Both the position numbers and the translations under genes were made by a program. Below the pieces are notes generated by a model that was not told where the DNA came from, ran no database searches, and worked only from the letters and a program-made list of their open reading frames with translations. DNA of 64,000 bases, taken from Neoechinorhynchus agilis (taxonomy: Eukaryota; Animalia; Acanthocephala). Within the stretch, counting starts at the first letter, position 1, and each line of letters starts with the position of its first letter. Of this stretch, positions 25,273 through 38,252 are shown in pieces. The stretch lies in contig CM121341.1 of assembly GCA_051530055.1 (NCBI GenBank), positions 17,586,784-17,650,783 on the forward strand, given 5' to 3'.

Positions 25273-26440
25273 TCAATTTTTTCTCTTTTGTTTACCACAC
25301 AATTTTCGAGTGTCGGAAGTAAATCCACCCGTCACCAGTGCTTCTTTTGCGACGTTTTTGATATGTTTGAACCTATCTGGTCCAAGTTTTATGCCGCCAT
25401 ACCATCTACTGACTACGACTAAAACATTGCGGGCATTCATAATCTGAACATTTGTCTGTGGTTGGAGTTTTTTGGATTAAACTAACACTAAGAAGGTGAG
25501 CAAGCCGGGATCCTGCCGCTGTTTCACCATCATCTTCATTATCTTCAATAATAGATCCTGTTTCGGTAACGATTCTAAAAGACAGTGATAGCGACATTTG
25601 AAAATATTTATTAAGGTTAACCGATAAGCGTAAATATTGTGAAGAGCGGTAGAGATTTTACGATCATTTTTAAGTACAATTAGAACTTTTTTGGCCTGTT
25701 GATAAAAACGACCATTAAAATGACGCTATTAATAAAAATAATAATACTTGATCAGCTGAATGAACGCAGACTGCATGAGCTTGGAACACACTTTTTCTAT
25801 CAACCACTTGTTCTCCGTGGAAAATATTAAAATCTTCAGCTTTCGGAGCAATCTCAACTTTAGAATCAGGTTTGCCCAGAATTGGACGAAGATCAACATG
25901 TGAGCGATCAGTTAGACTATCTTTTGCAAATAATTGGTCCATTTCGCTTTTTAATTCGGACAGTAGTTCGTATAGAACCGGAGTGCCTTTATGCGTTCTT
26001 CAAGATATTTTAGCAATCAAGGTAAGAAAAGATATTACCGAGAAATCATTGTTAGCTTTTGAGCTATTTCTGATAAATCTTTTAAAGACGGCTGTGCCCT
26101 GGATTCATCGATCTAAAAACGAAAACATATCCCAAAAAAACTCACGTTAGACTAATTATGTTCAACGATTCTTTAAACGGATACGCTTTTGGAAATTGTA
26201 CCTTTAAATGTGATCGACCATTTTCTAAACCGAGTCATCAGGCTCACTTGGAGATCGACAGTAGGTGCATTTGGAGGACGGTAGACGAATTTAAACATTC
26301 TTGTGTTTTTGTCAACCTCTTTCCACTGAGCATGATCAAAAATACATTCAACTGCTACTCTTTCATCATTCTGTATTCTCGATGAACACCATCATTTGAC
26401 TTAAATCTAGTCTGAATACCTGCTCTTCTTCGTAATCCAT
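25273..26440 (-). CDS. IMPACT: Protein IMPACT (RWD plus UPF0029 domain), 8 exons
   Basis: Spliced peptide MDYEEEQ|NDERVAVECIF...VQFPKAYP...DRKSVFQAH...HNIYAYR|I...EDDGETAAGSRL...VVVSRWYGGIKLGPDRFKHI. Seven GT-AG introns. Confidence 0.93.
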
Positions 26441-26827
26441 TCAAATGTCTGAAAATGTAATCTCTTTTGTAGACGAAGGGAAGCAAAGAATGGTAGTTGT
26501 TATACTTTATCGCGTATACATTCAGGAAAAAAGTGCAGAATATTTAAAAAATCTTCTAGATATTTCGAATAATGTCCTTGTGAATTTGCTAATTTTATCA
26601 ACATCATTTCGTTTAGAAACGTTTAAAGATGTGTAAGAATAAAATTAAATGTCCGTCATTTTCATTTAAGGAGCCACTGTTTACCGAAGACGAAAACTAG
26701 TTAGATTTCTAAACGACTCGGAAATATCAATCGTGATGATCATCACATCTCCATCGGAGTTAAATAAAATGAAGCAGTAAATGGTATACCACTGACGTTT
26801 GTTTAGCCTATCAAAATAAAAACAACA

Positions 26828-27867
26828 TTACATTTGAACCTTTCGCTCCCAAAGATAAATCATTCGATCATTAGCAGCCAAAATTTTATCCTCTTTTGGA
26901 TGAGCACGGACGCATGAACAGTTAAGTCCGCAGTTCAATGTAGCTATAGTTTTTGCCGTCATTAAGTCCCACACCCGTACAAGCCCATCTTCAGAGCCTA
27001 TCAATACTCTGCTACCGTCGTAATTACAGTCACATTGGACAATTAGATCTTTACAGACATGACCCCGATATGAGTTCAGTAATTTTCCATTTGATCGGTT
27101 CAATAAGCGAAGGACGCTGTCGGTAGACGAGATGAGAATTGATCTCGCTGGTGCTATTTTGACGGAAGTGACTGGTTGTCCTAAAAATGGTGCTGATTGT
27201 GATCGACTATTTTTTAGAGCTAAGGAGGAAATCAGTGAGATTACAAATCGATCATTTTCATCATTAATATTCGTTAAAAGATATCAAACTGTTCGAAAAC
27301 AAAAACTAGCACCAAAATGACGCAATCAATCACGACCTTCCTATTTCGGATATCATACGAGTAAATTTTTCCGTCTAGACACGACACAACGAAGAATCGA
27401 TCGATTTCCGAAGAATCAATCGACGTAAGGCTATCTTTTGCATGTTTGATTGTCTGACAAAGAGCATTGGGCTTTCTAGTGTCCCATATACAACACGAAG
27501 TGTCCATGGACACGGAGATTATACCATTAGATCCAATATATCGGACTCCATTTATCCTAGCTCGGTGACCACAGAGACGCCGGATGATTTTAGCATTTGA
27601 AACATCCCAGCAAATTACGGATTTATCCGCACTACCGGAAACAATGAAATGATTATCTGTGCTAGAATGAACAGATAATACGTCCTGGCTGTGCCCGCAG
27701 TAGGACTCAAGAACGGAGTTTGTGCTCAATGAAGAGAGGACGACTTTGGATTTGCTATGACCAGAAAGTATGAAGTTTCCCGTAGAATCGAATGATGTGC
27801 ATCGAATTGCGCCGTGAATGGTGGGAGTTTCCAACGTCTGACCAAGGCAGTATTCGTCACTATTCAT
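26828..27867 (-). CDS. WDR83: WD-repeat protein 83 (MORG1)
   Basis: Motifs YCGHSQDVLSV, SGSADKSVICWDV, HAKDSLTSI, DGKIYSYDIR...GQPVTSV...YRGH, GSEDGLVRVWDL. One intron near 27.2-27.3 kb whose donor is unresolved. Confidence 0.88.
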
Positions 27868-30490
27868 TGTCTTATGCAAAATCTCTAGTTTAAAGCCGCC
27901 CTAATTTTCTAAATTTTGTCTAAGGAAAATTCGCGATCTCATTCTTTCGAATGTTCACCCTAAAAAATTTTAAAGCTTTCCGATTCTCGATCTTTCAGCG
28001 CCTGTATAGATAAAATGTTGGATTGCATTCTTGTGACCGAATTTGTAGAGTTTATCTTTTATTGTGATTGGCGAGGTTACCTCGCGAAACATTTCCAATA
28101 AATCAAATGTGTAATGACCGGGATTATTTTCACCAAAAGTATACTTTGATTAACTCGAAGGATTTTCTATCAATAACAAAACCGTAATCTTGGTTAACTG
28201 TCACCAGAAGAGTTCATTTTATCAAACGCAATATTTATTGTGACAATAGAGACTTTGAAAGATACCCCCAAAGATGTTCATTTACACGCATCAAAAAGCT
28301 TTTTGTTTAATTAGCCACACCCAGAAAACGCTTCCTTCCTAGTCAAATGTTCTCTATTTCTAAAAGTTAACTTCTCTTAACTAATAATCAAATAAATTGT
28401 TCGGATTATCGTCTCTAAGAAATTCATCAAAAAAATAAGGCTAAATCAATTCGGAAAATCAAATATATTGGTCGAAACTCTTCGACGAGAGATCGTATAA
28501 CTTGGAAAATTTTTGCTAGACCACCATTATGCTGAATTAAATTATAAACATAAAGCCGTGATCGATTTAAGTCGATCCAAGGTGAGATTCACAGATCGTG
28601 TTATTCTGTATAATCGAAAAAGTCGGTCGTTTTCTAATACATTAGCTGAAAAAACTTAAGCTAATATAACTTTGTTTTTATTAACACGCTGAACCGAACC
28701 AAAAACCTGAAAACATCTCATTACTTTCACTTCGGAGACATATGAAGCCTTAGTTGACTGTAAAATACTTGGTAATCGACTAAAAGTGTCGAAACTGGCA
28801 TTCCCGAGAGCCCATCATCAAAGTTAATTTGTCTGTAAAGCACACGAGAATGTTTTCTGCGAATCGACCTCGCCATAAGGCACATTACCAAGTGTTTGTG
28901 TGTTGATAACACGCAACCCGATTCTTCGAAAAGATTATTTCGTTCATTTTCCTTGTGTTTCTGGTAAAGCAGTCACAAAAGGAAACCAGCTAGTCGTCTC
29001 AAGGTTATCTTTTCACTTTCTTGTCTTTTTGACCTATTTACAAGTCATCAACCGTCTACTTATCTTCGTCCAATTAGAAGAAATGACTCCATTTATCGCT
29101 TTTCCGTGAACTGAACCAGTGCTTTAAAAAAGGGCACCAGCAGTGTAACCCAAACTCTTTATGTTTTACTAACCTAAAGTGTTTACTTGTTTCGTAACTG
29201 ACTAAATAGTTCTCTAAGCATATAAATGCAAATATCACTACCATCCAAGCCGATATCTCATAGAAATTTGGGCAAACAGCGACCAATATCAAGTTCAGTT
29301 CATATAACATCAAACTTTAGAAAATTGGTCGACAAGTCAATTGCATCTTGGAAATGCTTGCGCAATATACCCCTTTTTCTTTAGGTACTTGAGAGTTTCC
29401 CGTGTCATGCTGGTCTATTTTATCATGAAGGAATAAATACGTTTTAATGGTCTATTACATAGAATTTTTGTATTTCTTAATGTAGACGTCTCAATCACTT
29501 TATGAACAAATATTATAATTGCCATTGTTGTACTTTTCACATACAAAATCTCATTTAAACTTTCAAAATTTGTTAAATACATCATGCACACAGTCATTCA
29601 CATCCTTTTGATTTCAGAGAAATTGTAGTCGCTGAGAATTTCAAGGACAACTTAATACGAAGGTAACTAAAAAATTTGGACGCTAACTTTTAGTACAATT
29701 AGGATGCCTTTCATCTCTTCTTATCTCTCTATTGTAGATAGACAATTAAATTAAACCGCTACTTTTGACCTCAAAAATTATATGTTTAAAATTTTACCCG
29801 AATTTTCGAAAACGATTCAGTGATCTCGGAAATGCTGCTACTATTGAATTTACAAATATTCCCAAACGTTTTTGAGTGCTTGCAAAGTAGTCGCTGATCT
29901 TACCCATACTGACATTTCGCAGACAGTTCATTATCATCGCCAAAAATGCACTATGATCTGAAATGCCAAAGTATCTTTGGAATTCCAAAAAAAGGTTCCC
30001 GTCAACTTGGTTGATTCCAGTGTGCCACCGTCGCTAATGTAAGTGACTCTAAAGTGCCACACATGCCGTGGAGCGGTGTAGCGCAACACTTTGTTGCTAC
30101 AATAAGCAATAAGTCTTCCAATATTTTCGAGACACGGATGTACTTGGCGATAATCGGCATCGATGATCGCAGGATCCTGGGGTTATATCACTCAGTATAG
30201 AAGCTTGCATAACTTTATTCCTGACATCATGCCGTCTTCCAACGCCACGAGCTGAATCTGCGGAATAGCAGTCATGTTTTCGAATATACGGCTCTCAAAC
30301 TCGATAGACCTTATCTAGATATAGTCTGGCACGTGCGTCTCTCTAAATCGGTCAAATAAGTACACTTCTCAACGACTAGATTCCTAGACATCTAAATGTC
30401 ATACTTCTTAGAAGAGCTTGATTTTGTAAGTTGCCCTTAAAATTGGACTATATAGGTCACAAGAATCAGTCAAATAGGATTTCAGTTTAG

Positions 30491-32163
30491 ATATGAAACA
30501 GGAATCTTTTGGCTACGACGATGACCCCTTGACTCAAAGTGCTAATGAGATAATCAGTGAAATCGATTCTATTCTAAGGGTGCGTATTTTAGCATTCGAT
30601 TAAAGAGAATATTCGTTAAAAATGCATCTAGGATACGGGTGTGAAAGAAGATCTCTTACCACGCAATACCTATTTTGAAAGTATGTACGACAGTGGAGTT
30701 CAGATGGAGGACAGCGTTCATCAATGTGAACTGAACCGATCGAATGGGAGCACTTACGCATTTTCTGGAATCAGTTTAGATGACGGAGGTGAAAAAGCAG
30801 AATGGATGCGGTTCCAGCACTGGACTATTGAAGGTGATTTTGTGATCGACGATGTAGCGAAATATAGTATATATTGTTAAGACATTGAGAAAGCAAAACT
30901 AAGTGAAAGTGGAGTGGAATCATTGTTGGCTGAGATCGATGCTGCAATTCAAATGGCATCCGATGCACTGGTTCAAGTGAGTACTTTTTTATTTATTCTA
31001 TAGCCAATACTTTAAACGCAATCTTTTTATTAGTGCGAAAGTAAATTTGCGTTGTATTTTGTGTTGCAAAAGTGCAATATCTGTTACAGATTTGTAAAGA
31101 AATTTAACACGAAGACCTCGTTTTAACACTAAATTCAATTTGTTCTTTTTTTAACGCAATTACACGCTCAATTTTATTTTATTTTCACAATCGATCGAAT
31201 TACTTAACCAATATAGATCTTTAGCAAGTAAACGAACAGTTTAAAGCAATCTCTAATCTGATTAATTAGAAGGTCTAGTTTCCGTTATCGAATAACTTCT
31301 TCAAGCCCACAGCCCACGGTTTGTATAAATTCGTCTATGCTTGAGGTCGTCTCTACTCTCGTCGTTTGATTGCGATTTCATATTACATTCTAATAATCTA
31401 TTCAATTATATTTTTTATTTCGGAATTTCATTCGTCGATTTTACTGTCTACTGTCATGCCTTTAAGTCAATGAACCCACAAAGCGATTAAAGTTGACGGG
31501 GTAATCTGCTATACGCCTTCTGTTGATTTGCAGTTCACACCCGCTATTGTACCCGTCTGAGATTGATCTATCTTATCGGAGATCGATTTTTTAAAATTTT
31601 TCCACGGTGCATCTTTGGATAACTCTTTCACTTAAAAACTGATTAATTTCATTTCCTTTGTAGCCCTTTTGTCCCCTCCTTTGTAACTGCCCTCTAGCTA
31701 CTGTGATCCATTATGTCGAAAACACATCAACCAGACGGATTCCCAAATTAAGCTAATCCAATTTTAACATTCTAGGAATTCACAATTTCCGACGATTTGG
31801 ATTTCGAAAGAGAAGTAAGATGCCGATTCGTGGACATCGTGTTGTCAATAAAAGCAAAAAGATCCGAAAATGAACTAATGGGATGGCACCTCAATCTTTT
31901 TAGTGACACTGAAAAATCCAACAAACAACAAATAACGACTGTTCCTTACAATGTTCCAAATATTGATTCCTACAGCCTATCAGATATTCAGATTTTAAAC
32001 AATCGTGAGTTTATTGAATTCTTTTTGTTTGGCAAGACGCTAACTTGGTCTTGAAGTTTTGGCGGCTATTCGAGACAATAATTCGTCCGTTGGAAATTTT
32101 CTTACCAAGTATTTATTAGAAGGTTTGAACGACGACAATCACCTTTTTTTATCAACTAAGTAA
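30491..32163 (+). CDS. unc-76: FEZ/UNC-76 family (fasciculation and elongation protein); 5' exons unresolved
   Basis: Motifs ANEIISEIDSIL, LLAEIDAAIQMASDALVQ|, LDFEREVRCRFVDIVL, ITTVPY...SDIQILN|, LAAIRDNNSSVGNFLTKYLL. GT-AG introns, including one of ~0.8 kb. Confidence 0.8.
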
Positions 32164-32345
32164 GTAAATCTAGTGGTTTGTCGACCTGTTCGACATACAC
32201 GCGAACCATGAAAATCTATGAGCGTTCAGATATTCTGTAAAATATTATAATAAATCAATTATTTTTATTCGCAGTTTATTGGCCTAATTAATCAAGTTTT
32301 GTTTCAAATGAACACTTAGGTGGGCTGTTGCAATGATAAAGAGGC

Positions 32346-33195
32346 TCTTTATTTTCGAGCTTTCACCGTTTTACAGCTTAATTTCAGGAATCTACAAAAA
32401 AGCGCCATGATGTGAAGTGCGTTAAAGTAGCAATATCGAAGCGTAAAGTTCGTCTTGCTTGTTGAGCAATTCTGGAGCTCTGTCGAGCTGATGTCCAGAA
32501 TTCTCATTCGCATTGTCTACGGAAACATCGTCGCCTTCAAACCGCTCGGGATATAAGTAGTGCTGCGGTGATAGATAGTTCCAACGGGTCCTTGGCCTCA
32601 AACCTAACTGGCTTAGAGAGTTTTATTCTCCGCCGCTGTGGCCCTCTGAGTGGTGCTTAGTCCATGTCGTGGCCATGATTTTTCGACGTTCAATCAAACG
32701 ACGTTGAGTTTTGCCTATCGTTCGAAGGTCATCTCGTAGGCCACGTTGCGTCGAGTACAAATCTTGTCGGCCATTAATGTCCACGGACTTCCTTGGGCAC
32801 GACGCTGGTCGTGTTTCCGGCGTTTCATGATGTCCAGCTCTCGTCAGGATTCCCGGACAATCCGAACATCCATTCTTGATCGTCTCAGGAGCTTTCGAAC
32901 GTCACTAGTGATCTTTTCACTGATATGTGGAATCCTGAGAATCGGTTTTCCTTCATATCGATTCCGTCCGCGCGATCTCGTTACGTTTCTCCGTTCATTA
33001 ATAACACCGTCGTTGGAATCGCACATTCTAATCTTTTACGTAAATACCATTATGCGCGAAAATTGCGTTCAACATCTCTAACGCCAATTGTTTCTTTGTT
33101 AATGACGATGAGCAATGTAGTGCTGTCCTGTGTATCTCAACGCTAAATTACGAGAAAGCCGTAAGAAGGTGAAAGCTTGGAAATAAAGAGTTTCG
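32346..33195 (-). mobile_element. Penelope-like fragment (linker plus GIY-YIG) between inverted degenerate hammerhead-like repeats
   Basis: Peptides KPILRIPHISEKITSDVRKLL and IGKTQRRLIER. The inverted pair at ~32346-32391 and ~33150-33190 gives a consensus near cctgaagaagccgtaaaacggtgaaagctcgg. Confidence 0.7.
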
Positions 33196-33929
33196 TCCAT
33201 TGAGAATACTTGATTAATAATGCGGCTAGAAAATCAAGTAGTATTTAACAAGATTTTCAAATTATCAAGTTAAAATTCAAGGTTTTTCGTTTATTAAATC
33301 AGTAGTATTATTCGACCTCTAAAATGGCATGGTTTAAAATTGGCCTTTAATGGGATTTTTTAAATCAAACATCCTTGGAGATACTAAGACGACCCTGCAA
33401 CATAGATTCTTTATATTTTAGACGTGAAATTTTTTAAAGTAATTAAATCCCCTACGATACAATCTTCTATGTAGGACGCTTAAAAAACCCTCATAACGAA
33501 TAATATCCATTATAAAAAAGGGATTTCTTATTGACTGAGTTAAAATCTATTATACAATACGAGAGTAATCTCCTAAGTCTCATAATTCGTTATTTCTTCG
33601 AGTTTTTTGAATGTTCATCTTACAATTAAAGTCACTTTTGTTTTGCGAACTTCACGAAATAAATTTCGTCCTGGAACTTCGGAGAAAAGACACTTTTTGG
33701 TAGTAAATTGACCAAATTATTACCGCGGCTCCACAGATCATTATCTTCCAAAACTTGTAAATTTTAATAAAATATGTTAATTTTAAAAATTATTACTGCG
33801 AAAAACAGATTCATAACTGTTTCTTTTTTTTATCTGGAATGTCGTAATTATCCGACGATATATCGGTAAAAGAAAATAAATTGGAGTTGAAAATCATTAA
33901 GAAAGAAAACAAACGGATATATTCTCGCA

Positions 33930-33937
33930 TATATAAA
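33930..33937 (+). promoter_or_regulatory. Candidate TATA box
   Basis: TATATAAA ends 38 nt upstream of the ATG at 33976. Confidence 0.4.
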
Positions 33938-33975
33938 GCAATGAAGTACATTCAAAAAATCAAATTTCAATTTTA

Positions 33976-34272
33976 ATGTATAAATGTAAACTATTAGCAA
34001 TTTTGGCGTTGGTTAAAGTTTATTTTTGCCAATTCACGGGTTACTGCCACGAGTTGGACTGTCGAATTCAAGCGGATTACCAGTATGACATGTATCGTCC
34101 ACTTCGACACGATTTTAAGCACGATGAAAAGGAGAAGTTCCGGAATCAGTTCATCTATGAACCCAAAACGTACGAAGATTTAGAAGACCCAAAACCCTGT
34201 GGTAATGTTGAAAGTCCAACGGCTAATCCGAACACATTTGACTCTTACGATGACATCTTTGATATCGATTAA
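33976..34272 (+). CDS. Small secreted orphan protein (98 aa)
   Basis: ATG ORF with a signal-peptide-like start (MYKCKLLAILALVKVYFC), an acidic tail and an upstream TATA box. Confidence 0.55.
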   Translation: MYKCKLLAILALVKVYFCQFTGYCHELDCRIQADYQYDMYRPLRHDFKHDEKEKFRNQFIYEPKTYEDLEDPKPCGNVESPTANPNTFDSYDDIFDID

Positions 34273-34759
34273 TACTATTATTTATTTTTTTGCGTTTTGG
34301 GCGCGTTGATCGATCGTATCTAATAGGCAACAACTGCGAATTTTATACTCACAAAAATCAGAATTAACAAGACTAAACTACTAGTCTCGATCCACATTTC
34401 CTCATGATCTTCCAGCAAGCGAAAACACCAATAAAAATGGGCTTTGAAGCGGCGGGAAGAAAACGGTTTACAAAGATTCTTAAAAATCGTTTTCTGATTG
34501 GAGCACTGCCAATTACTTTGACGCTTATATCAGTGCAGAATTTATTGATTCGTGTTTATTTGTGAAACTTTTGAACATAATTCTTGTTACAAAGAGAGTT
34601 AGCGATTTAAATGTAGTAATTTTTGGGTCCGATATTTCGGAGACACAACCCCATACGTTACTTGTAGGTTTTTACGTCAAATTTCCGAAATATAAAAACA
34701 GAGTTTTATCATAAAAGATATATTGATACCATCGATAGAAAGTCCTTCGGGATAATAAA

Positions 34760-34959
34760 ATTACACTTTCGGTGAGAATAATCCCGGTCATTACATATTT
34801 TATTTATTCGAAATATTTCGCAAGGTATCCTCGCCTCTTCAGTCATTGTTTAGCTGAAAAAACTTGCAAACAATGACTGAAGATGCGAGGATACCTCGCG
34901 AAATATTTCGAATAAATAAAATATGTAATGACCGGGATTATTCTCACCGAAAGTGTAAT
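34760..34959. repeat. ~90-bp-arm hairpin with a hammerhead-like motif in each arm (ATAT stem-III family)
   Basis: + arm: aatga-CTGAAGA-t-GCGAGG-ata-CCTCGC-GAA-ATAT-t-tcg (core at 34877). A degenerate relative lies at ~28065-28140. Confidence 0.7.
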
Positions 34960-34961
34960 AT

Positions 34962-36257
34962 ATTGATAGTTGCAACCTTATTAATCTCCCCGATGACTGA
35001 TTTATTTGTACGAATTTTCGTCTGCATCCAGATCGCTTCAGGTATCTAGAATAGTACGTGGTGAGTGTGGCTTGGGCAGAACTCGGGTGCCCCGGGTTGT
35101 TAGGCCCGCGGGTGATCTGTAACCCCCCTGAGCAGGTCTTAGTTTGTATAGAATCTTCGGCTTCCAGCTTGGGGTATTCCTTTCCATACAGTTGTTGTTT
35201 ATCATTACCGCCTCTTTGATTACCCTCCTTTTCCAGTCACTCTCGATCATGATCTGATGAGCATCCTCAAATCCGATCTCATGATTCGTTTTTTACAACA
35301 TGATTATTGATGGCGGATGACGTATCCGCTCTGCGCACACAATATTTATGCTGGTCAATGCGCTTTTTAGTCCTTTACTTGTTTGTCGAACATAATATTT
35401 TCCGCATTGTCTGCATGGTACTTATACTTTTATCCTCTTGTTTTGGTTTCTTTTTGAATATATCCGCCAACTTCGTTGCTGCTTTAGAATATATTGACAA
35501 CGAATGGGTCTTGCATCTTCTTATAAGGTGTTGTAATTTGTTCAGAGTTGCTTCATTGATGAATTTTGATTCCAAGAATATTTTCTGATTGACGGTGGGT
35601 TTCGAGTTGTTTTTCGATGTAGTGTTCGTCTCATTCTTCTCTCGCTGAAAACTCATCCTCGTCTTCATTAAGGACCTTTTAATTGCCCAATTAGGATATC
35701 CCTCCTCTCTGAGCATTGATGTTATTGAGTCAATTTCTTGCCTCTGTCCTTTCTCTTCGGAGCATATTCCCATAGCTTTCCTGAATAAGGCATCCGATGC
35801 TGCTATCTTGTATCTCACTGGAGAATGTGATGTGTGCCAGTTTATGTTGGGTTTTCTGTATACCTTTGTTTCGATTCTATCCACATGTTTCACTATTTCC
35901 ACGTCCAGAAAAGATATTCGATTGTTTTTCGCTCGCTCAATTGTCCACTGGATCGACGGATTTTTAGCGTTAAGTATACTTTCAACCTAAGCAGGGTAAT
36001 CAAAGAGGCGGTAATGATAAACAACAACTGTATGGAAAGGAATACCCCAAGCTGGAAGCCGAAGATTCTATACAAACTAAGACCTGCTCAGGGGGGTTAC
36101 AGATCACCCGCGGGCCTAACAACCCCGGGCACCCGAGTTCTGCCCAAGCTACATTCACCACGTACTATTCTAGATACCTGAAGAGGTCTGCATGCAGACG
36201 AAAATTCGTACAAATAAATCAGTCATCGGGGAGGTTAATAAGGTTGCAACTATCAAT
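34962..36257 (-). mobile_element. 5'-truncated Penelope-like element with an inverted copy of its 3' end
   Basis: - strand RT thumb (ETKVYRKP...SHSP..YKIA...LREEGYP) and GIY-YIG tail (RRVIKEAVMIN). 35993-36257 is the inverted duplicate of 34962-35226. Confidence 0.9.
36175..36210 (+). ncRNA. Minimal type I hammerhead-like motif in a Penelope terminal repeat
   Basis: tac-CTGAAGA-g-GTCTGCATGCAGAC-GAA-AATT-C-gta. The mirror copy at ~35009-35044 has core and stem mutations. Confidence 0.65.
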
Positions 36258-36573
36258 AAATTGGAATTCCCCCCGATTGAAATCAAAGACACAATCATAA
36301 AATATATTAAAGTAGAAAATAAAATGCTATAGGTGTTTAAGATGGCGTATAGTTATTTTATCTCTTATGAATTCTAATACGGAATTTAAATTGTGTCGTT
36401 TGATTGATTTCCACATCCCTGAAAACCTGTTTCTTTAAATTCAGACCTTTAAAACCCGGAATATTTTCGAACTGAGCATTTAAGCAAGATTTTGATTGAG
36501 TAACTGCATAGTTTAATTGCGAGTCTAAAAAATCAAGCGACAAAATGGTAAAATTATTCTTAGTTTAAAGATA

Positions 36574-37750
36574 ATGCGTTTGAGTTCAATTTTTGCACGC
36601 GCTATCAGGATACCAAAAAGTTTGTATTTGAACTGAGTATTTTGTCAACAATGTTTTTCCAAGACTTACGATTGAGCCCGGATGCCCCGACACCTCACGA
36701 GGCGTTTGAGGTAGGGACACGAGATTTTGTTCAAAGTTTAACGTCACAAAGGAGTCGGGATTATATCCGCCGTTTGCCTGAAATAAAGAGCAAAGGATCA
36801 GAAATCGATTTGCGGATCTGGGTTCTACGGAAGTTTATTATGACTCATCTAATTAACTTCTCTACGCGACATCAGAACAAGTATAAAAGTCCCGATTAAA
36901 TCTCTTTAATATGATCCTTTAAGGGTTACGCCGCATGTTCAATTGCAGCTTGGCCACGACATGTACGCCATGAAAAAAACTTTGGAATTCAGAGGACGTG
37001 CAAAGGCGGTTGGGTTTCCCCGATGGATCACAAGCAAAGACCGAATTCTCAAATTGGCTAAACTCACGAATAAAGTCGCCATTGAATCAGTCGATCTGTC
37101 GTACACTCGAATAAATGAAGATGGCCTCGATATTTACAGTAAGTGATGAATGTAATTTATAGATTTATTCATGAACATATTAAGCCGACTGTGTGGATCT
37201 GAAGTCGTTTACATTAAGGAATTGCATGAACGTCGACGATTGGTTCATTGCTAAATTGGCCTATGTTTTTAATGAACGAATAATGTTTCTGGATATCTCG
37301 GGATGTCCTAACGTTTATCCAAACTCCTTGTTACCTTTGTGTAGACTTCGAAACCTAAGAAGGTTAAGAATTTATGGCTTGGAGAAAAATTTAAAGGGAT
37401 ACGAATATATGGTATTGGAATTGAACGAGGCTCTTCCCGGTTGTCTTATTGAGGGATTTTCGTATGATATTAAAGATGAAGAAATTGAGCAAAGGAGATT
37501 GAAGGGTGAAATTGAAACTAAAAAATTATTAGGTGATATGATAGAGGAAGATCCGGACTTCTATGCTGATTACGTCAAAAGTAAAGAAGGATTGGAATCG
37601 ATCGAATCAGGAGAACCGATATTGAGGTTGTCGGATGGCAGATCCATATTGGATAAGATAGAATTGAAGCCAAAGAAAAAAATCAAACGTCAGTATCCAC
37701 GAACCGCAATTCCTATTGTGTACGAAGACGAAGAATATGCGCGTGACTAA
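36574..37750 (+). CDS. DMAC2: DMAC2/ATP5SL-like mitochondrial LRR protein, 4 exons
   Basis: Motifs AIESVDLSYTRINEDGL, LKSFTLRNCMNVDDWFIAKL, FLDISGCPNV, LRNLRRLRI, ELNEALPGCLIEG. Three short GT-AG introns. Confidence 0.7.
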
Positions 37751-38024
37751 TAATCGATTGTAAGGAATGGAATTTCAAGTTTTTTATTATCCTATTGAAG
37801 AATTTTGTGCGATGAATTTATATTTTTGTCCGTAGTTTGTCTTAAGATTTTGTCGTCCGAGCTTAATGAATATTGAAGAAATTTTTTTTAGTAACTTCAA
37901 AACACGCCCGTTTTTCGTGTTTAAACATGAATTACTATAAAATTTATATAATCCATATCCTTGTAGAAAATTGCACTTGAATCTAACTTCTGATTCGCAT
38001 TTATTCGAATAAATTTTAACTAAT

Positions 38025-38252
38025 CTATACAACAGGTCCCAGATTGTTTTCAGCAAAATCAAACTCCTTGTTAATTAATTCATGTTGACGTCTGTTAAAA
38101 GCCCATCTCGATCTTCGTGCTAACACAACTTTCATATAAACAACAATAAAAATAAATATCAAGAATATAAACGCTAGGCAGAGTATTGATAAGATGGATA
38201 ATGATACTGCACATTGAATTTGATCATGCATTTCTCGTATGTTTGCAACCAT
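38025..38252 (-). CDS. Small single-pass membrane ORF or exon
   Basis: Long hydrophobic run followed by basic residues (ARRSR). Upstream exons are unresolved. Confidence 0.35.
   Translation of the reverse strand: MVANIREMHDQIQCAVSLSILSILCLAFIFLIFIFIVVYMKVVLARRSRWAFNRRQHELINKEFDFAENNLGPVV

Noticed and set aside
28680-29600. Possible Merlin/ISXO2-like transposase relic
   Set aside because: Only vague similarity, with no catalytic motif or TIRs; it may instead be a spliced host gene.
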